The position numbers and the translations under genes are program-made. Of a DNA stretch of 64,000 nt, positions 60,941 to 64,000 are shown one piece after another; positions within the stretch are counted from its first letter, which is position 1, and every line of letters begins with the position of its first letter. The stretch is taken from the NCBI GenBank assembly GCA_965219415.1, contig CBDCNP010000002.1, forward strand, positions 3,680,001-3,744,000, in the 5' to 3' direction. The notes under the pieces were generated by a model. The model saw only the letters and a program-made list of their open reading frames with translations, had not been told where the DNA came from and searched no databases. Source of the stretch: Candidatus Marinacidobacterales bacterium (GTDB lineage Bacteria; Acidobacteriota; Vicinamibacteria; Marinacidobacterales; DATDRI01).

Positions 60941-62629
60941 CTATCGGAAGGGAAACCTCGCGACGACTCCTAATCCCTCGACTACCAGGGCCAACTCACC
61001 CGCGCGCAGGGGGCCAAGAGTCTCCTCGCCGGCGCCCGGCCAATGGATACGCACACTCGGAAGCTCGGTCTTGGGACCCAGACCAAGATGAACTACCAGT
61101 TCGTTCTGGGATGCATAGCTCGAGCCAGCGCGGATTTCGGTGACCATGAGTTCTTCACGTTCCCGATCGACGACCAAACGAGCCCCGACTGCGTCGCGGT
61201 TCGACCGACGTCCGATGAGCAGAAGGCGAACTGCATTGCCGGTCGAGGTCTCGTTCATCAGCAAGTCGGGCCGGTCATTCGAATTGGTAAAAAGCAGATC
61301 CAGATCACCGTCTCCTTCAATGTCCGCTACCACCAACCCTCGACCGACCTTCACCAACTCGAATCCCGGGCCGGCTTTTAGGATCTCATCGAAGCGACCA
61401 TCGCCTCGATTCCAAAAGAGTTGATTCCTCTGAGGGTAAGCCGAACCCTCGGTTAATTCGGCGGTGTTGTCCAGAACGTGTCCGTTTGCCACGGCGATGT
61501 CGACGAACCCATCATTGTCCAAGTCGGCAAAGGCGGCGCCGAACCCGAGTGCGCGAATCGAGGGCCGACCGATTCCTGCGTAGGAAGATACATCGGTGAA
61601 GAAGCCGCCCTCGTCGTTCCGGTAAAGGGTGTTGAGCTCACCTTGGAAGTTAGTGACGAAAAGATCGAGATCTCCGTCTCGATCGTAGTCAGCGGTATCG
61701 ACGCCCATACCCGCGAGAGCGCGGCCATCTCCGTCGTAGGCCGCCCCGGATAGTAAAGCCTCTTCGGTGAAGTAGAGATCCCCTTGGTTTCGATAGAGAA
61801 AATTGGGGACGGTATCGTTGGCTACGTAAAGATCGCGCCGGCCATCCCCGTCGTAGTCGAACGCCAGGACACCGAGACCTTTGCCTGTCGGTGTTGCGAT
61901 ACCCGCCTGCAGACTTAGGTCTTCGAACGTTCCGTCGCCCCGATTGCGGTACAAGGCGTCGGTCAGCCCGCGGAAGGCGTCGGGGAGGCAGTAAGAGCGG
62001 AGAACCTTCCCCCCTTTTCGCTGCGAACAATTGGGATTGTTGTCGAAGCCAAAATCCAGGTAGTTCGATACATAGAGGTCCAGGTTGCCGTCGCCATCGA
62101 GATCGGACCAACTCGCCCCCACGCTCCAAAGGGGGTTGACGACTCCGGCCCGCTCTGCCACCTCGCCGAAACTCCCGTCTCCGTTGTTGCGGAAGAGTCG
62201 GTTGGGCCCAAACTCGGTAACGTAGAGATCGAGGTCGCCGTCGTTGTCGTAATCACTCGCCGCGGCGCCCATACCGTAGCCCTCAAAGGTCAGCCCGGAA
62301 AAAGCGGTGACGTCAGAAAAATGTCCTTTACCGTCGTTCCTGTAAAGGGCGCCGTTTATCGGTTCTTGAGGTCCGAATCCAGGAAGCACACCGCCGTTCA
62401 CCAAGTAGAGGTCGGAGTCGAGATCTCCGTCGTAGTCGAAAAACACCGCGCCGGCGCCCATCGTCTCGACCATGTACTTCTCCCCGGAGGCACCGGTGAC
62501 GTGGGTGAAATCAATCCCGGAAGTCACGGTGGTGTCGACGAACCTGAACGCCGCATTTTCTTGCCGAGGGACCGATGATGATAAGGAGACGGCAATGGTG
62601 AATATTGGCAGGCGAGAAAGAAGCCTCAC
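60941..62629 (-). CDS. CRTAC1 family protein (FG-GAP repeats + ASPIC/UnbV)
   Basis: Multiple D.D.DG..DL repeats, LYRN.G.G.F, SNRDAVGA, GSSY.SQ, HLGLG. Confidence 0.93.
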   Translation of the reverse strand: MRLLSRLPIFTIAVSLSSSVPRQENAAFRFVDTTVTSGIDFTHVTGASGEKYMVETMGAGAVFFDYDGDLDSDLYLVNGGVLPGFGPQEPINGALYRNDGKGHFSDVTAFSGLTFEGYGMGAAASDYDNDGDLDLYVTEFGPNRLFRNNGDGSFGEVAERAGVVNPLWSVGASWSDLDGDGNLDLYVSNYLDFGFDNNPNCSQRKGGKVLRSYCLPDAFRGLTDALYRNRGDGTFEDLSLQAGIATPTGKGLGVLAFDYDGDGRRDLYVANDTVPNFLYRNQGDLYFTEEALLSGAAYDGDGRALAGMGVDTADYDRDGDLDLFVTNFQGELNTLYRNDEGGFFTDVSSYAGIGRPSIRALGFGAAFADLDNDGFVDIAVANGHVLDNTAELTEGSAYPQRNQLFWNRGDGRFDEILKAGPGFELVKVGRGLVVADIEGDGDLDLLFTNSNDRPDLLMNETSTGNAVRLLLIGRRSNRDAVGARLVVDREREELMVTEIRAGSSYASQNELVVHLGLGPKTELPSVRIHWPGAGEETLGPLRAGELALVVEGLGVVARFPFR

Positions 62630-62804
62630 CCGCGCATTATAGTCGCAGTACGGTACGGTGGCCGACGGGTAACCCACGTCCTATAATACCGGCGATTCGT
62701 AACTATCGACACACACTCGGGTGTTAGGCGTTTGCAAAACCGACTCTTCGGTACCATCATGCGGGCCGTCGCGAGCGGAGTTCACGAAAGCAAGGAGAGG
62801 AGAG

Positions 62805-64000
62805 ATGCCATCGAAGCGTTCGGATGACGAACGGCTCGGCATGTTTCGAGCCATCACACGGCGGGATTTTCTCCAAGGGACGGCACTCGCCCTCGCCGCA
62901 CCTGGTTTGGTGCGAGCCCAAGGGCAGGCACATCCCCCTTCTGGCTTCGAGGGCCAGGATGACCCTTCGACCGAGTGCGGCCACCGGGTCCGCGATGGGA
63001 TCTACCAGACGCTCCCCAGCGAAATCGTCGACACCGGCGAGGACTACGATCTCATCGTCGTAGCTGCCAGCCTGGCCGGACTCGCGTCGGCCTACGTGTA
63101 CCAAAAAGAACGTGGAGGTGAGGCGAAGGTTCTCCTGCTCGAGAATAACGACAACTTCGGCGGCCACGCGCGTCGCAACACGTTTCGCTGGAAGAACACT
63201 ACTTTGATCGTCAACGGAGGAACGTATGATCTCGAGGCGCCCGAGAGAGCACCGGCGGAGGCGGCGGAGATTTTCGATGACGTCGGTATCACAGCCGAAA
63301 GGCTAGTCGCTTTTCGGGACCCCGACTACCGGAAGCGCTTCGGCCTCTCTTCCACCGCGTTTTTCGACTCCCGTATTTATCCCGGCATCCGCCCGCAGTT
63401 CGTGCACGGGTTTCACGACATACCGTGGGAGGAGTTCTTCGCCAAGTCTCCCCTGTCCGAAGAAGTCAAACGCGAGCTAGTGACACTCTACACCACACGG
63501 AAGAACTATCTTCCCGGGGTTGAAGAACCCTATCGAGCTCTCGCATCGATGACATGGGAGGAGTACATCCGCGACAAGATGGGACTGGGCGATAACGCCG
63601 TGCGATTCTCGGATATCTACGCAACCGATCTCGGTGGGCTCGGCTGCGATGGGCTGGCCGGGACATACGGCTGGGAGCTCGGCCCGGGTTTTTTCGGTGT
63701 CCATGGAGAAGGCTTTTACGACGACAATGGCTTCATGCGGTACGGCTACCAGCCGATCCACCGATTCCCCGATGGGAATCATAGCGTCGCGCGTCACCTC
63801 CTCAAGAAACTGACCCCGAACGCTATCGATGGACCGGACACCGTCGAAGGTGTGTTCGATGGCCAAATCCATCCCGACCGCTTCGACACGGCGGGCAGCA
63901 ACGTGCGGCTACGGCTGCAGTCCACGGTGATACAGGTCAAGGAGCTCGATGGAGGGAGTCGCGGCGAGATCCTCTCTGCAGCGCCCGACGGTTCCGTTCA
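62805..64000 (+). CDS. Spermidine dehydrogenase-like flavoprotein with Tat signal (partial, runs off window)
   Basis: MPSKRSDDERLGMFRAITRRDFLQG, GHRVRDG, YDLIVV, LENNDNFGGHARRN, FPDGNHSVAR; open to the window end. Confidence 0.85.
   Translation, partial: MPSKRSDDERLGMFRAITRRDFLQGTALALAAPGLVRAQGQAHPPSGFEGQDDPSTECGHRVRDGIYQTLPSEIVDTGEDYDLIVVAASLAGLASAYVYQKERGGEAKVLLLENNDNFGGHARRNTFRWKNTTLIVNGGTYDLEAPERAPAEAAEIFDDVGITAERLVAFRDPDYRKRFGLSSTAFFDSRIYPGIRPQFVHGFHDIPWEEFFAKSPLSEEVKRELVTLYTTRKNYLPGVEEPYRALASMTWEEYIRDKMGLGDNAVRFSDIYATDLGGLGCDGLAGTYGWELGPGFFGVHGEGFYDDNGFMRYGYQPIHRFPDGNHSVARHLLKKLTPNAIDGPDTVEGVFDGQIHPDRFDTAGSNVRLRLQSTVIQVKELDGGSRGEILSAAPDGSV

Noticed and set aside
1-64000. CRISPR array, rRNA, tRNA or intact prophage
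   Set aside because: No regularly spaced repeats, cas genes, RNA-gene signatures or structural phage genes were seen

Overview
GC-rich bacterial window, probably Acidobacteriota (inferred from REP-like palindromes and from gene content such as DUF2911, sulfatase-TPR and CRTAC1). The first ~17 kb starts with an IS3 element running off the left edge. It then holds intact housekeeping genes (tyrS, purN, purM, carAB, thiO, a rhomboid protease, a SWIM + SNF2 pair). At ~17.2 kb an att-like junction and a 129-bp direct repeat around an orphan phage small-terminase-like gene open a mosaic, partly decayed region devoted to organic-nitrogen scavenging. That region holds three D-aminoacylases, S9 peptidases, amidohydrolases, two paralogous PLP-enzyme + APC-permease modules, a Rieske demethylase-like oxygenase, a ureohydrolase, a spermidine-dehydrogenase-like gene and a hutC-hutH-ftcD-hutU operon with a canonical HutC operator. 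The most unusual items are a stand-alone secreted protein with class C GPCR/GABA-B-type Venus-flytrap motifs, a HutH with Ala-Cys-Gly instead of Ala-Ser-Gly at the MIO site, an uncharacterised SelA-like PLP enzyme family, and short IS-end modules sitting at gene-fragment junctions. No rRNA, tRNA or CRISPR array was seen. All calls rest on motif recognition by eye; no database searches were run.
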